From: Prorocentrum cordatum
Taxonomy: Eukaryota
Assembly: GCA_963575745.1 (NCBI GenBank)
Contig: CAUYUJ010000312.1
Coordinates: 1-64,000, forward strand
Reading direction: 5' to 3'
DNA: 64,000 nucleotides
Position numbers and translations under genes: made by a program. This document shows positions 12,452-27,595 of the stretch, in pieces. The first letter of the stretch is position 1. Each line of letters opens with the position of its first letter. Below the pieces are notes generated by a model, which made no database searches, was not told where the DNA came from, and was given only the letters and a program-made list of their open reading frames with translations.

Positions 12452-15400
12452 CTGGCCGTCGCGGCGGGAGGCGAGACCTCCCGGCCGCTCGGGGGTTCCC
12501 GTGCCCTTGCAGGGCACACATCGATCCGATCGATTCGAGCCGATGTCGAGCCCATGCGGCTCGATCCGACCAGATGTCGAGTGTCGGCCGATCCGATGAG
12601 GCCCGATGCTTGCACAGTGCTGCCGTGCATCCCGGCGCGGCCGTTTCGATCAGATTTTGACCCTTTGCCCATGCAGCCCGATCCGACGCATATCCCGATT
12701 CGATCCGGTGCCCCGCTTCGATGCCGACTGATCTTGTTTTTGCTTCCTTCCTCCGTCCTTTCATTCCTTGTCTCATCCAGCGCTCTCGCACACCGCGAGC
12801 GCCCCGCGCTACCACCGTCGCAGGTGGTACGCAGTTGGCCTTAGTGCTGGCATTGGTTGGCTGGGCGTTCGGGCCCGCCGCGTCGCGCTGCCCCGTGCCT
12901 TCCATCTTGCTGCCTCTCTGGCCGTTGGCGCGCCAGGCCGAGGGAGGTACGGAGCAGCAGCACGATGTCGTCTTAGCCCTTTCGTCCGCGGTTGCTCTTA
13001 TTGAGAGCGTGGTTCATGGGCTTCCAGTGCCGCAGTGTCGCAGGCATAGGCTGAGAACGAGAGGGGGAGGATGGCGATGAGGAGAGCGAGGAGGAGGAGG
13101 AGGAGGAGGAGGAGGAGGAGGAGGAGGAGGAGCAGGAGGAGGAGGAGGAGGAGGAGGAGGAGGAGGAGGAGGAGGAGGAGGAGGAGGAGGAGAGGGAGCA
13201 AGAGCAGGGAGGAGGAGGAGGAGCAAGAGCAGGAGGAGGAGGAGGAAGACGCATACGGTGGGTTCGCGTCGTGTCGACCTGCGGCGACCCCGCCGCAGGC
13301 GTTCAACGTTGGACGCCGCCAGCGACCCGAATCGGTCGATGTTGAACGGTCTGACGTTTCGGTAACGGCCGATGGGTCAAGGTTGAACGATCCCCGCGAT
13401 GTGAGGAAGCAGCGCCAGGGTGGACACGACACGAGCCCGTGGTAGGCATGTGCATGTGGTCCTCGAAGAGCTGGAGCGAATTGAGGGCGACAAACAACAG
13501 GAATAGGGGAACGAACAATGACATAAACATAAAAAACTCGGAGGTGCCCGTGCACCTCCCAATTTGTATGTCCATGTCACTTGCAGAGGTCCGGAGCCGG
13601 ACCCCCCCTCCTTCCCGCCCAATGTCGAAACGCCGAATCAGAAAGCGCCGAGGTCTTATGTTTTGTGCCAAAGCGCCCCATACGTCCGAACGCCCAGTGC
13701 CGAAACGCCGAATGTCGAACTGCCCGGTGTCGAGTCGCCCGAGTTTTGACGCCCAGTGTCGAATCGGGGGATGAGAAGACGTTGACGACGGGGTGGAGGC
13801 CAGGGGCCCACGCTGCTCGGCCTCGCGCGCTCCGCGGGCCCTCCGCCCGCGGGCGCCGCGGCTCTCCTTGCGCCCCCTCGGGGCGCACGGGAGCCGCCGC
13901 CCTCCCTCCTCGCTTGGCCGGCAGGGGTGAGCACGCCTGGAGGGTTTCCCCGAAGGGCTCAGGCGACCCGTCCTCCTCCTCCTCCTCCTCCTCCTCCTCC
14001 TCCTCCTCCTCCTCCTCCTCCTCCCCCTCCCCCTCCCCTCCTCTCCTCCTCCTCCTCCTCCTCCTCCTCCTCCCCCTCCTCCTCCTCCCCCTACTCCTCC
14101 TCGCCGTCCCCACCTCGGGTCGCCTACGGCCCCGGGGGAGACCGTCGAAGCACGCTCCCTCTTGCAGGACACCTGCCAACACGACACCAACCGACACCGG
14201 CGAAGGCAGCACACCCCGCAGGGAAGCACGCCGGTGCTGTTTGGCCTCTGCTTGTCCCGGCGCGTGTGCGCACAGAGAGGTTACGGCCTCCACGCTCCGA
14301 CCCAAGGAGGCAAGGACCTTTTTTTTTGTTTTTTGTTTTTCATATATTTATTTTTTAAAAAGAACTCGGATAACCTTCTTGGGGCAATAGCTGCGCAACG
14401 GCACAATGAAACTGTCACGGATACCTGATGAGAGTGCGTGTGCGAGTGCGAATGCGAATGCCCTCCTGCAGGAGGGCCTGCCTCCCTCTCCCCCATCCCC
14501 CTTCCGGGAGGAGAGCGGTGCCGCGCGGGGGCGTCGCTCCGAGCCTGCGGGCACCGCACGAGCCGTGCCCCGAGCGTTTTCCCCGAAGACTCGGCATCGC
14601 TCCGCCGTGTGCTGCCTTTTCCCTGGGCCGAGGGCCGTCGAGGAGAGCCCTTCGGTCCTCGTGTGGAGCACACGGCCCACGGGGCCGAGGCACGCCCGGG
14701 CGGCGTGGGCGCCCGAGCCGACGGCAAGAGCAGAGGGGGCAGAGCTGCGCGCGTTTTTCAGCAGCAGGGCGAGGGGGCGGCGGCCGCTCGCACCGCCGGC
14801 ACCCCCCGGGAGCGGCCACGGCGTGGAGGCCTGCGCTCCTCACCTCTTGGGTGCTCCGACGGGGGCCCGCCGCCTGCTCGTGCCTCGTGCAAGGTCTGCG
14901 CTGCGCCGGGCCGTCTCGAGGTCCTGTTGGCGAGCCTCGCCTGGGGGCTTCGGGAGCCACGCGGAGTAATGAGAACAGGCGGGCTCTCGTTTTGAAAGGC
15001 CGTCACCCGAAGCACAAAGGTGTTTCGTTGGCAGCCGACGACCTTGCTTTCGAGTGATCTTGATGGCAGGGGATTGGTCATGTAAAAAACTCAAACCTGA
15101 GAGCCCAGGGCGTCCGCTGACTTTCGGCGTGGGAGCGTCACGCTCGTGATCGCTTTTTTATTCCTTGCCTTGCCGATCGGCGCGGGCCCTCTCGCCCCCC
15201 CCTCCCTCCCCCCCCCTATGGGTAGATCTTGGCTGCTTTTGGCGCCTGTTTCGAGCAGGTGGAGCCTCCCCCATGATGGACGCACTGCTGCAAACAGTCG
15301 CACTAAGCAGAGGTCCAGAGTCAGACCCCCCCCCTCTGCCCCCCCTTCCTCCCAATGTCGAAACGCCGAATAAAAAAAGCTCACGTGGAGGCCTGTCCAC

Positions 15401-16674
15401 AAGAAGCCCTCCGCAAGAAACCCAACCCTGAGACCCCAGGGCGTCCATGGACTTTCGGCGTGGGAGCGTCGCGCTTGCCGTCGCAAAACCTTCGATGCCC
15501 AAGAAGCCCAGGGCACCCTGGAGGCGAGCAGGCTGCTTCTTGGCGCGGGTCTCCACTGCAGCAGGGTTGCTGGGCGGGCGAGGGGCGAGGAGGAGCCAGT
15601 AGGAGCGAGAGGAGGCAGGGTAGTAGCAAAGCCCCAGGAGCCGGCTGGGGGTCTGAGGTCAGTATTCGGGAGCCTTGAGACGGGGGTCACTGCAAACGGG
15701 GGTCAGCCAGGACACTGGATCCTGCAGGATCCTGCGAAGACCCCCTCTGGCTGACCCGGGTTAGCGAGCCGCTCGTGGCCGCGAGGCGGCCGCGCATATT
15801 GGCTGACCCAGGTTTGCGAAGACCTGCGTTGCAGTTTTTTTTCCCCCCCCTGCATTGCAGTTTTCTGGTTTCCTGCTGACCCGGGTCTGGATTGACCCAG
15901 GTCAGAAGATCCACGAAATATCGTTTATCCGACCCCCATTCCCATCCTCATCCCCGTCGAGACCCCCGCCAAATTACCACCCCAGTTGGGGATACACCCC
16001 TCGAAACCCGAAGGGGACAGCCTGTATCCCCATCCAGGGGAGTAAATCGGCCGGTGGGGCCCAGGCCACGCCGCTGGGGAGGGGGATCGGATAAACGATG
16101 CTCATGAGGTGGCATAGCACTGGTTCCGGCCAGCAGGAAGGGGGAGCGAGGCTCCAGGTTTCTGGGTTCGGGAAGGTTTTTTTTGCCCTTTTGGCCTCTG
16201 GGGGCTGTCCTCGGGACCTGGGGCCGTCGAAACCGGATACGGAGTGGAAAACCGCACCAGGTGGACTCCGGGAGGGGTCCAGGCCACGATTTCGAGAGCT
16301 TTTGGCTTCACCCCCCCCTTCCTGGTCGTTTTTTTTGGGGGTCCCAACGAGTTCACATCAAACCCCAGACCCTCCGGCCGCCTCCAATGAGGAACCAGTG
16401 GACACGAAATATGGCAGGGTAGCAGCAAGACCTAGTAGACGTCGCGATGGTATCACGCGCCTCGGAGACGCGACTACAGTTCCTTCTGCGCCCTGTGTTA
16501 TTGCCTCTGAGAGGCTGTCGCCTGGGCATTGTCAGCGAATGCGTGCGAGATGAGTTTTTCCCAACCATCCTGTGGTGCTGGGTCCTCGTTTTGAGGCGAT
16601 AGCGCCCCGCGTCTCCCACCTCTCCTCCCCCTCCCTCCCTCCTTCATCCCTGCTGCTCTCCGCATGTCTCTCTG

Positions 16675-18230
16675 TTTCGGCACCCCCTCTCACACGTTTC
16701 GTGGCCCCATGGGGAGCTCCATCCGAGGCCCCCGTGGCAGAGTTCGCATGGCACCGCCGCCTCTTTCTGGCACTCCCTCGCACGTTTCGGGCCCCACCTG
16801 AGGCCCCAGTGGGAGGGTTCGCATGGCACCGCCGCCCCATTTCGGCACACCCCTCACACGGTTCGCGGCCCCCTAGGGAGCTCCCACTTGAGGCCCCATT
16901 GGGAGGGTTCGCATGGCACCGCCGCCCCATTTCACATGCATGGCGGCCCTGGCCCATCTCGGCGCACCCTTCGCGCGCTTCGGGGCCCAATGGGGAGATT
17001 CACCGCAGGCGAGACTCCCAACGACGGTACTTACAACTGCAGATGGTTGGGTCCTTCTCCTCCTCCTCCTCCTCCTGCTCCTCCTCCTCCTCCGCCAGGG
17101 TAATTTCATGTGGGAGTCGTATTTCTTTCATACGGATGCCTTTCTGTTATCATACGAGACCCTTGTGGTTTCTCGTGGGAAGAATCTTTCTATCCTTTGC
17201 AAGCCATGCGGCTTTTACATGGCAAGCGAGTTTATTCCCAACTATCCTGTGGTGTTGGATCCTCGTTTTGAAGAGACAGCGCCCGCGTTCCTCCTTCTTC
17301 CTCCTCTCCCTGCTCCCTCCTCCCATCCCTGCCTCTGCCTCGAAGGCCCCAGTAGCAAAGTTCGCATGCGGTTCCCCGCACATTTCGGCACACCCCTTAC
17401 ATGTGTCGTGGCCCCGTAGAGAGTTCCACCGAAGGCCCCAGAGGCAAAGTTCGCATGCGGTTCCCCGCCCATTTCGGCACACTCCTCACGTGTTTCGTGG
17501 CCCCATAGGGAGCTCCACCGAAGGGCCCAGTGGCGAAGTTCGCATGCGGTTCCCCGCCCATTTCGGCACACACCTCACATGTTTCGTGGCCCCATATGAC
17601 ATATGGAGCGCCACCGAAGGCCCCAGAAGCAAAGTTCGCATGCGGTTCCCCGCACATTTCGGCACACCCCTCACATGTGTCGTGGCCCCGCAGAGAGTTC
17701 CACCGAAGGCCCCAGAGGCAAAGTTCGCATGCGGTTCCCCGTCCATCTCGGCACATTCCTCACGTGTTTCGTGGCCCCATAGGGAGCTCCACCGAAGGCC
17801 CCAGTGGCAAATTTCGCATGTGTTTTCCCGCCCATTTCGGCACACCCCTCACATGTTTCGTGGCCCCATCTGGAGCGCCACCGAAGGCCCCAGTGGCAAA
17901 GTTCGCATGTGGTTTCCCGCCCATTTCGGCACACACCTCACACGTTTCGGGGCCCCATAGGGAGCTCCAACGAAGGCTCCAGTGGCAAAGTTCGCGTTCG
18001 GTCTCCCACGCATGTCTGCACACCCTTCACACGTTTCTTGGCTCCGCCGATGGCCCAAGTGGCAAAGTTCACATGCGGTTCCCCGCCCATGTCGGCACAC
18101 CCCTCACACGTTTCGCGGCCTCATGGGGAGCTCCACCGTGTGCCTGAGTGGCAGGGGTCGCATGCGGTTCCCCGCCGATTTCGGCACACTCCTCACGCGT
18201 TTCGTGGCCTCATAGGTAGCTCCACCGAAA
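16675..18230. repeat. 89-bp minisatellite in two blocks (~16675-17010 and ~17341-18230), each preceded by a shared ~65-bp unique segment
   Basis: Unit GAAGGCCCCAGTGGCAAAGTTCGCATGCGGTTCCCCGCCCATTTCGGCACAC…GGAGCTCCACC with period 89. Shared leader at ~16550-16610 and ~17226-17290. Confidence 0.9.
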
Positions 18231-18439
18231 GCGGTGCCACCACGCGGTAGTCACAACTGCATATCGTTGGGTCTGTCGTTCGGATCATGTTTTTTTGGTG
18301 GTTCTCGGGTTTGATCGGCGGCCGCCCACCGCATGTAACCCCCACCGGCCTCCCGTCCTGCCGCGCACCACATGATTACAGCAGCCAGAGTAAGGCAAGC
18401 CCCAATCGTAAGTTTCAGCAGGGTTGGAGGGATGGTCAT

Positions 18440-19876
18440 CATGACGACGATGATGAGGAGGGCGACGATGACGACAACACCGACGACGACGACGCGGACG
18501 ACGACGACGGCAGTGACGACGACGACGACGATGGCGACGGCGACGGCGACGGCGACAGCGACGGCGACGACGGCGACGGCGACGACGACGGCGACGGCGG
18601 TGGCGGTCGACGACGATGACGGCGGCGGCGACGGCGACGGCGACGGCGACGACGATGACGATGATGAGGATGAGAACGAGGACGAGAATTTCATCATGAG
18701 GACTAAGATGAGGATGAGGATGGAACGAAGGATGAGGACGATGATGAAGATACTGCTGATGATGGTGCTGATGATGATGACGACGATGATGATGAGTGTG
18801 ATGATCATGATGCTGTTAATGATGCTGATGATGAAGATTATGGTGATGATTCTGATTATGATGATGATGATGACGACGAGGATGAGTATGATGATGATGA
18901 TGGTGATGATGACGACGACGCTGAGGATGACGATGCTGATGCTAATGATGATGATGCTGATGATGATGACGATGATGATTATGCTGATGCTGATGAGGAT
19001 AATGATGATAATGGAAATGATAATGGTATGGTGGTTGCGGTGATTATGATGATGCTGATGATGGTGGTGATGATGATGATGACGGTGATGATGTTGATGC
19101 TGCTGATGGTGATGATGATGGTGGTGGTGATGTTACTGATGATGACGATGTTGCTCGTGGTGGTGATGTTGATGGTAAATGTCCTGATGACGGCGATGAT
19201 GGTGATGATTCCGATTCTGATGATGACGACGACGAGGATGAGGATGATGGTGATGCTGATGATGGTGATGATGACGACGGCGACGCTGAGGATGACGATG
19301 ATGCTGATGATGATGTTGATGATGATGATGACGATGATGATGATACGGATGCTGATGAGGATGATGATGAAGATTATGATGATGATGCTGAGGATGATGA
19401 TGAACGTGCTGATGATGATGAAGACGATGGTGACGATGATGGTGGTGGTGGTGATGATGATGAGGATTGTGATGCTGATTCTGATGATGCTGCTGATGCT
19501 GATGCTGATGGTTATGGTGATGCTGATGCTGATGCTGATGATGATGCAACTGCTGACGATAATGATGATTTTGATGATGATGCCGATGATGATGATGAGG
19601 ATGATGATGATGATGATGCTGATGATGATGGTGACGATGATGGTGATGATGAGGATGTTGATGATGATGCTGATGATGCTGTTGATGATGATGAGATGAT
19701 GATGGCGATGCTGCTGATTATGATTATGATGGTAGTGATAATGATGATGATGATGAACATGATGAGGATGATGATGATCATGATGATGCTGCTGATGATG
19801 ATAGTGATGGTGATGATGATGACGATGCTAATGTGGATGCTGCGGGTGATGATGCTGATGATGAGGATGACGGAAC

Positions 19877-19920
<44 letters not shown>

Positions 19921-19935
19921 TTGATGCTGCCGATT

Positions 19936-19968
<33 letters not shown>

Positions 19969-20151
19969 CTGATGATGATGATGATACTGATGCTGATGCT
20001 GCTGCTGATGATGATGATGATGATGAGTTGGTGATGATTATATCATGATGATTATTATGATGGTGATGGTGATGGTGATTGTGATGGTGATGGTGATGCG
20101 GGTGACGATGATGCTGATGATAATGATGATGGTGATGATGATGATGATGAC

Positions 20152-20184
<33 letters not shown>

Positions 20185-20204
20185 AATAATGATGATGCTG
20201 ATGC

Positions 20205-20262
<58 letters not shown>

Positions 20263-20431
20263 GACGACGACGACAACGACGACGACGATCACGAGGTTGA
20301 CGACGACGACGATGCTGATGCTGCTGATGATGACGGGAGGAGGAGGAGGTTTATGACGATGCTCCTGCTGGTGGCGGTTCTGATGCAGCTGACGAGGACG
20401 ACGACGATGGTGAGGACGATGGTGTTGGTGG

Positions 20432-20475
<44 letters not shown>

Positions 20476-20530
20476 CGGAGGAGGAGGGGGAGGAGGAGGA
20501 GGAGGAGGAGGAGGAGGAGGAGGAGGAGGA
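18440..20530 (+). repeat. ~2.1-kb degenerate (GAC)n/(GAT)n array ending in (GGA)n
   Basis: Direct inspection. Confidence 0.97.
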
Positions 20531-20537
20531 GGGGCGC

Positions 20538-21839
20538 CAGGCACGAGACAGGCCTGGACGGTTTGAGTTTTTTCTGACGGAGCAATGCACGATGTCTTCT
20601 TACAATCCGCCACGCAGGGAACCTATGTGTATTGGGATCTATAAGAAACCTTTTCTCATTTCACTCAAATGACTCCTTTTGTATTCCACCACAAAAGGAA
20701 GCACTTTGAAAGGCGCCAGCCCCTTGGACGGCGGAAAATCGAGTTCGGATTGCAAAGGGCTTCTTTTGCGGCGGAATGCAAGAGGACTCCCGCTGTTGCG
20801 GAGTGCAAGCGGATTTCACAAAAGGGTTTCATGTTGTGGCAGAATACAATGGAAGTGGCCGGCTACGAGAGGGTTCTCCGTGTGGCGGAATACAAAAATG
20901 ATTCTCTGTGTGCCAGAATCCTAAGGACTCCTGTTGTGGCGGAGTGCTGAGGGATCCCTGTGAAGCCAGAATGCAGAAGGAATCTTTCTGTGACTGATTA
21001 CCAAGGGGTTCCTTATGTGGCGGCGTACAAAAGGAATCTTTTTTGGGCCGAATACAACAGGTTTCCCCCGTGTCGCGGAATACAAGCCGATTCCCTTGTG
21101 GCAGAGTACACACTGGTCTCTTGAAGGGGTTCTTGTCTGGCAGAATATAAGAGGAATCCTTCTGTGGTTGATTACCAAGGGGCTCCTTATGTAGCGGAAT
21201 GCGATGTTTGTTTTGCGGCCGAATGCAAAAATAGTTTTTTCGTAGCAGACTGCAAAAGGACTCCTTCTGTGGGGGAATAAGAACTCCTTTTGCGGCGGAA
21301 TGCAAAAGGATTCCTTTGAAGGCGACATGGGAGGATAACCATTGAACACAAGAGAAACAAACACAACCATGATTTCGGGCAAATCTCCTTGGGTATTACA
21401 ATTCTGCTGGCACCATTTTTCTTTAAGCGGTTTTTCTCCCCCTCCCCTCTCGATGAAACCCTTCTGCATTCCGCATTACAAAGAGTCTCGATGCATTCCG
21501 CCGCAAGAGGATCCCGATTTCAATCCGCCACAACAGAATCTTGGTGTATTTTGCCAAGACGGGAATCCTTCTGTACCCGGCCAAAAAAGGAATCCTGTTG
21601 CATTCAGCGGCGTAAGGGATCATGTTGCATTCAACCGCAAAAGGGGTTGTGTATTATTATTATTATATGAGCATTCCGTTTGTGGTAGGATAGTACAGGA
21701 TTCATGTGAATGGAATGGAAGAAGGCTCTTTCTGAGTGGAATACGCATCGATTCCTTGTGGGGCGGACTACAGGAAGATGTCTTTCGTTCTTTCCTCTGA
21801 AGAAAGACGCCCAAACCGCCCAGGCCCGCATCGTGCCTG
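20538..21839. mobile_element. 1.3-kb non-autonomous TIR/foldback-like element with internal degenerate short repeats
   Basis: ~35-40-bp imperfect TIRs (CAGGCACGAGACAGGCCTGGACGGTTTG / CAAACCGCCCAGGCCCGCATCGTGCCTG). Interior made of GGATTCC…GTGGCGGAAT units in both orientations. Sits within a (GGA)n tract. Confidence 0.7.
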
Positions 21840-22212
21840 TTGCGGGAGGAGGAGGAGGAGGAGGAGGAGGAGGAGGAGGAGGAGGAGGAGGAGGGATGAG
21901 AGGGATGAGAGGGATGGGGAGGAGGGAGAGGAGGAGGAGGAGGAGGAGGAGGAGGGAGGAGGAGGAGGAGGAGGAGGAGGAGGAGAGATGAGAGGATGAG
22001 AGGGATGGGGGGGAGGAGGAGGAGGAGGATGAGGATGAGGATGAGGATGAGGATGAGGAGGAGGAGGAGGAGGAGGAGGAGGAGGAGGAGGAGGAGGAGG
22101 AGGAGGAGGGATGAGAGGGATGGGGGGGTGGAGGGATGGACCTGGGACGCCAAGGGAGGCTGCGGCCCAGGAGGGCCGCGCCCGCACGGCGCCGCGCGGG
22201 CGCCCTGCGGCC

Positions 22213-22392
22213 ATGCCGGCGGCGGCGGGGCCCTACGGCAGGTGGGTGTCGCAGGGGCCCGCGGTGCACGAGTCGGGGCCGCAGCCGCCGCCGCTGGAGG
22301 CCGTCCGGCTGCGGCTCTTCTGCGTGCCGCCGGCGGGCATGGGCGGGCAGGCCTACCACGGCTGGACCAGGCGCCTGCCAGAGGGCGTGGAG
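22213..22392 (+). CDS. Type II thioesterase (GrsT/RifR-like alpha/beta hydrolase), exon 1 (MPAAAG...RLRLFCVPPAGMGGQAYHGWTRRLPEGVE)
   Basis: RLFCVPPAGMGGQAYHGW matches the TEII N-terminal motif (RLFC.P.AGG....F..W...LP..IEV). ATG is in a GCC-ATG context, codons are GC3-rich, and the exon ends GAG|GC (phase 0). An upstream AG|G at 22153-22155 could be the trans- or cis-splice acceptor, so the start codon is tentative. Confidence 0.88.
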
Positions 22393-22883
22393 GCTCGGCG
22401 GCGTCAGAGCCTCACCCGCCCAGACCCCTCGCGCCGCAAGAGAGAGCTGCACTGCGGACGTTTCTGTTGTTGTTGCCGTTCTCGGCCTCTGGGGGCCCAC
22501 GTCGGGAACAAACATGCACGACGTCATGGGTCATGGCAGCTCTCCGACGACATGGTTTCCTCAAACACGGTGCTTGTCCTCGATCTGGGCACCTGGGGCC
22601 CGTTTTCGGGCCCCGGGATCATCAGAGCTGGGGCTCGACGAATGAAAACGACTCCTGGGGGAGGGTCGGGACGTCTAGCGGCTGCGAGCGAGGGGGGAAA
22701 GTGAGAAGGGGCGGGCCTTCTCAGAAGGCTCGGAAGTCCTCGGGCCTTCGGAGGAGTTTTCTGAGCCTTCCCCGAAGACAGAAAACTTCTCGGAAGGCAC
22801 GAGGGCTCCTGAGCGGGCCCTCTCCTTCTCGTTTCCCCCCTCGCTCGCCGCCAAGTCCAGGCCTGCGCATGGAAACCATGATA

Positions 22884-23048
22884 CACCATAGGCGATGCTT
22901 AAGAAAACCCAAGTTGTCGGCCAGAGTCTCGATTATTCTTAATGTTTCAATGTAAATCCTAAGATTTGAATAGACGTTCTGGGTTTTCATTCAAATTCTG
23001 AGACTATGAATTTCTTAACCCATGATTTCTAAAGCATTTCGCAGGGTG
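22884..23048. mobile_element. 165-bp AT-rich MITE family B, copy 1
   Basis: CACC…GGTG imperfect TIRs flanked by TA/TA; highly similar to 55224-55388. Confidence 0.8.
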
Positions 23049-23198
23049 TATCGTCGCGTGCCTGGGTCTCCCCGTCGCCAGTGTGCCAGGGCCCCTCGGT
23101 GCCCCCGGGCCTGCCCGCTCGAAGGGGTGGTGGTGGTGGGGCGCGGAGCCCGGCGGAGAGGGCGCGGGCCCCAATCCATGGGGCCGTTTTCGGGTATG

Positions 23199-24422
<1,224 letters not shown>

Positions 24423-24911
24423 CGAGGCGGGGGGAGGAGGAGGAATGGGCGGGCGGAGGACGAGGCCGGAGTGGCCTTCGGTGCGGGCCCACTGGGCCCC
24501 TCCCCGGTCGCTCAGCGCCATGCGACGTTGGCTGCTTGCGCGCTTAGATTTGGCTACCTTGCGCCCCCTTCGTCCGCGCACCAACGGCCGCAGCGTGCAG
24601 CCGAAGAGGGGAGTGACCCTTGGCCCGGTTGACCTTGAGTGCGGGCTCATCGGGGTCCCTTCGATTGCTGAGCGCGATGCGACACCAGCTGACTGCGCGA
24701 TTGGGTTTGGCCACCGTGCGCCCCCCTTCTTCCGTGCACCAGAGGTCACTCTTGCTTAGGGTCACTCCTTGCGTGTAGCCGATGTTCGACGGTCCCAAGG
24801 CCCAGTAATAGGCCCCCAGAGGCCCGAAGCAGCGAAAGACTTCCCGTCGTGTTTTTTGTCCTTGGTCACAGGGGGGTCTTGGACGTGGGGTGGGCCTGAA
24901 GCTGCCGAGAG

Positions 24912-25036
24912 GTGATGCCGCTGGAGCTCCCCGCCAGGGGGCTCCGCATGGGCGAGGAGGTGCCCTACGCCTCGTCGCTGGCGGAGCTCGCGCGCGGGGT
25001 CCTCGACGGCGTCGGCCTCGCCGTGTTCGCCGCCAG
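24912..25036 (+). CDS. Thioesterase exon 2 (VMPLELPARGLRMGEEVPYASSLAELARGVLDGVGLAVFAA-R)
   Basis: AG|G acceptor, AG|GC donor, phase 0 to 2. Matches the TEII V..V.LPGRG.R..E motif and joins exon 1 in frame. Confidence 0.9.
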
Positions 25037-25911
25037 GCCTCGCCACGAAGGGAAGGGGCTCAACGAGGAGGGAAAAATAGAAGCAGCAAAGTATGCTGCA
25101 GGCTTGGCACCTGGAGTCCGCCCAGCCCCAACAAAAACGAGGGTGAAAACAGGTGCCCAGGGACCCCAGGTGATCGTTTTTTAATTCATTGTTTTGCCGA
25201 GCGGCGCGGGCCCCCTCCCCCCCCTCCCCTCCCCCATGGAGCAGATCTTGGCTGTCTGGTGCGCCTGTCTCGAGCAGGTGGAGTCCCCCCCCCTCATAGG
25301 ACCCCGTGCTGCAACACAGTCGAACTAAGCAGAGGTCCGGAGCCAGACCCCCCCCCCCTGTAAGGGTGACTTTTAAGACTATGTGACGTGATGTGTCTTC
25401 GGTGCATGCGTAGATTAGCGTTGTGTTTTTCATACACGTGTTGATGTAGTTGTATATGTAGATGCTGATGCAGACGTTGACGATGATGCTGGTGTAGCTG
25501 TTGTCCTCTCGGTTTCCCCATTGTCTCTTGTCCTCTTGGTTTCCCCATTGTCTATTGTCCTCTTCGTTTCCCCATTGTCTCTTGTCCTCTTGGTTCCCCC
25601 ATGTCTTGTGGACTCTTGGTTCCCTATTGTCTCTTTTCCTCTTGGTTCCCCTAATTGTCTGCTGACTGAGTGGGCGGGAGATCCTCCCAGGAGTGCGATT
25701 GCCGAAACCTATTAAAAAACAATGGAAACGCGTCTTGGAGCCGCGAAACCTGTCAAGGCCTGGGGCCTGCTAGAACAATCGCGCGCGCGAAGCGCGCGCG
25801 ATGGTTCTAGCACATATATATATAGATGTATATCGCCCAGAAAACGCCTGTAGGGGGACATGCCCGACCTAAGCCTCGCGGTGCGAGGAGAGGTCCGGGC
25901 CGCCCGCCCAG

Positions 25912-25968
25912 GCCCTTCGTGCTCTTCGGCCACTCGTTCGGCGCGTGGGTGGCGTACGAGATGCTCAG
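25912..25968 (+). CDS. Thioesterase exon 3 carrying the catalytic Ser (PFVLFGHSFGAWVAYEML-R)
   Basis: CAG|G acceptor, AG|GT donor, phase 2 to 2. GxSxG nucleophile elbow in the canonical P(F/Y)..FGHS.GA..AYE context. Confidence 0.93.
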
Positions 25969-26079
25969 GTCCGAGGCGGGGAGATGTCCATGACCACCGC
26001 TTGGGGGATCGAACTTCAGAGACCTCGGCAGGCGGTGGACAGGGGTACATTGGGGCCACCCTGGGGCCAACACGCACAC

Positions 26080-27310
26080 ACATATTTATATATATATATA
26101 TACATATATATATATGTACACATGCACACATCATAATACAATTCAATGTACATATCTTTGTGACATGTGTATGTGTATATGTATACTCATATGAATTAGG
26201 CATATATACATATATGTATGCGCATGTACATGTATATGTATAGTATGTATGTATATATATTATATATATATATAATTATATATATATATATATATATAAA
26301 AAAGTTTTGATTTGTATAGGTGTTTGTACAAACGTACGTGTACATGCCGATTTGGTGGCCGGCGGCCGGGATCCCGGGTGCCCAGGGGTGCCCGTGAGTG
26401 CCCGGTGCCCCAGGAGTTCGGTGGCCGGTGGCCAGGTGCCCGGGTGCCCGTGGGTGCCCGGGTGCCCGGGTGCTCGGGGGTGCCCAGAGGTGCCCAGGGG
26501 TGCCCGGGTACTTTATAGCCATGTAGCCTTATAGTCTTACAGCTCTATAGCCCAATAGCCCAATAGCACATATATCCCATATGGCCTTATAGCCCAATAG
26601 CCCTATAGCCCTATAGCCCTGTAGCCCTATAGTCCTATAGCCCCTATAGCCCCATAACACAATAGACCTACAGCACTATAACCCCATAGCCATACAGCCC
26701 TATAGCCCCATAGCCCTATAGCCCTGTAGTCCTAAAGCCCCGCAGCCCCAACAAAAAACAGTTTTTTTTTCTCCGGTATCATTTTTGTATAGGTGTTTGT
26801 ACAAACGTACGAGTACATGTGTATGTATTCGTGTATGCATAGACATCTGCATATGCATACGTATATGTATCGATATCTATGTCTATATCTATGAATATGT
26901 ATATGTAAACCTATTGTATACGTGTATCATACATGTATATGCGTACTTATGTGTATTGGTGCATGTATCTGTATATGTATATGTATTTGTATATGTTTAT
27001 GTCTAGTTATGTGCATATGTATGGGTATCTGTATAGCTGTAGATATGCGTATGCCTATGCGCATTTATTATATATTGTCCAGGGCTTGGGCCCCCCCCCC
27101 AATGCTGATGCCATTGGGCCCCCCCCCGCGCGATGGTCCCCCCCGCCCCCCCCTGTGGGCGTGGCGTGGTGCTGCGCTGCGGTGCTCCCCCCCCCCTGTG
27201 GATGTGGTGTGGTGCTGTGGTGGTTCAGAAGTGGGCGTGGCGTGGTGCTGCGCTGCGGTGCCCCCCTCCCCCCCCCTGTGGATGTGGTGTGGTGCTGTGG
27301 TGGTTCAGAG

Positions 27311-27346
<36 letters not shown>

Positions 27347-27355
27347 CTCGTCGTC

Positions 27356-27395
<40 letters not shown>

Positions 27396-27540
27396 TCGTC
27401 GTCGTCGTCGTCATCGTCGTCGTCGCCGTCGTCATCGTCGTCATCGTCGTCGTCGCCGCCGCCGCCGCCGGCGTCGTCGCCGCCGCAGCCGTCGTCGTCG
27501 TGGTCGTCGTCGTCGTCGTCGCCGTCGTCGTAGTCGTCGC

Positions 27541-27595
<55 letters not shown>

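Noticed and set aside
16572..18250. 462-aa and overlapping repeat-protein ORFs
   Set aside because: The underlying period is 89 bp (not a multiple of 3), so the peptide cycles through frames; it is a minisatellite artefact.
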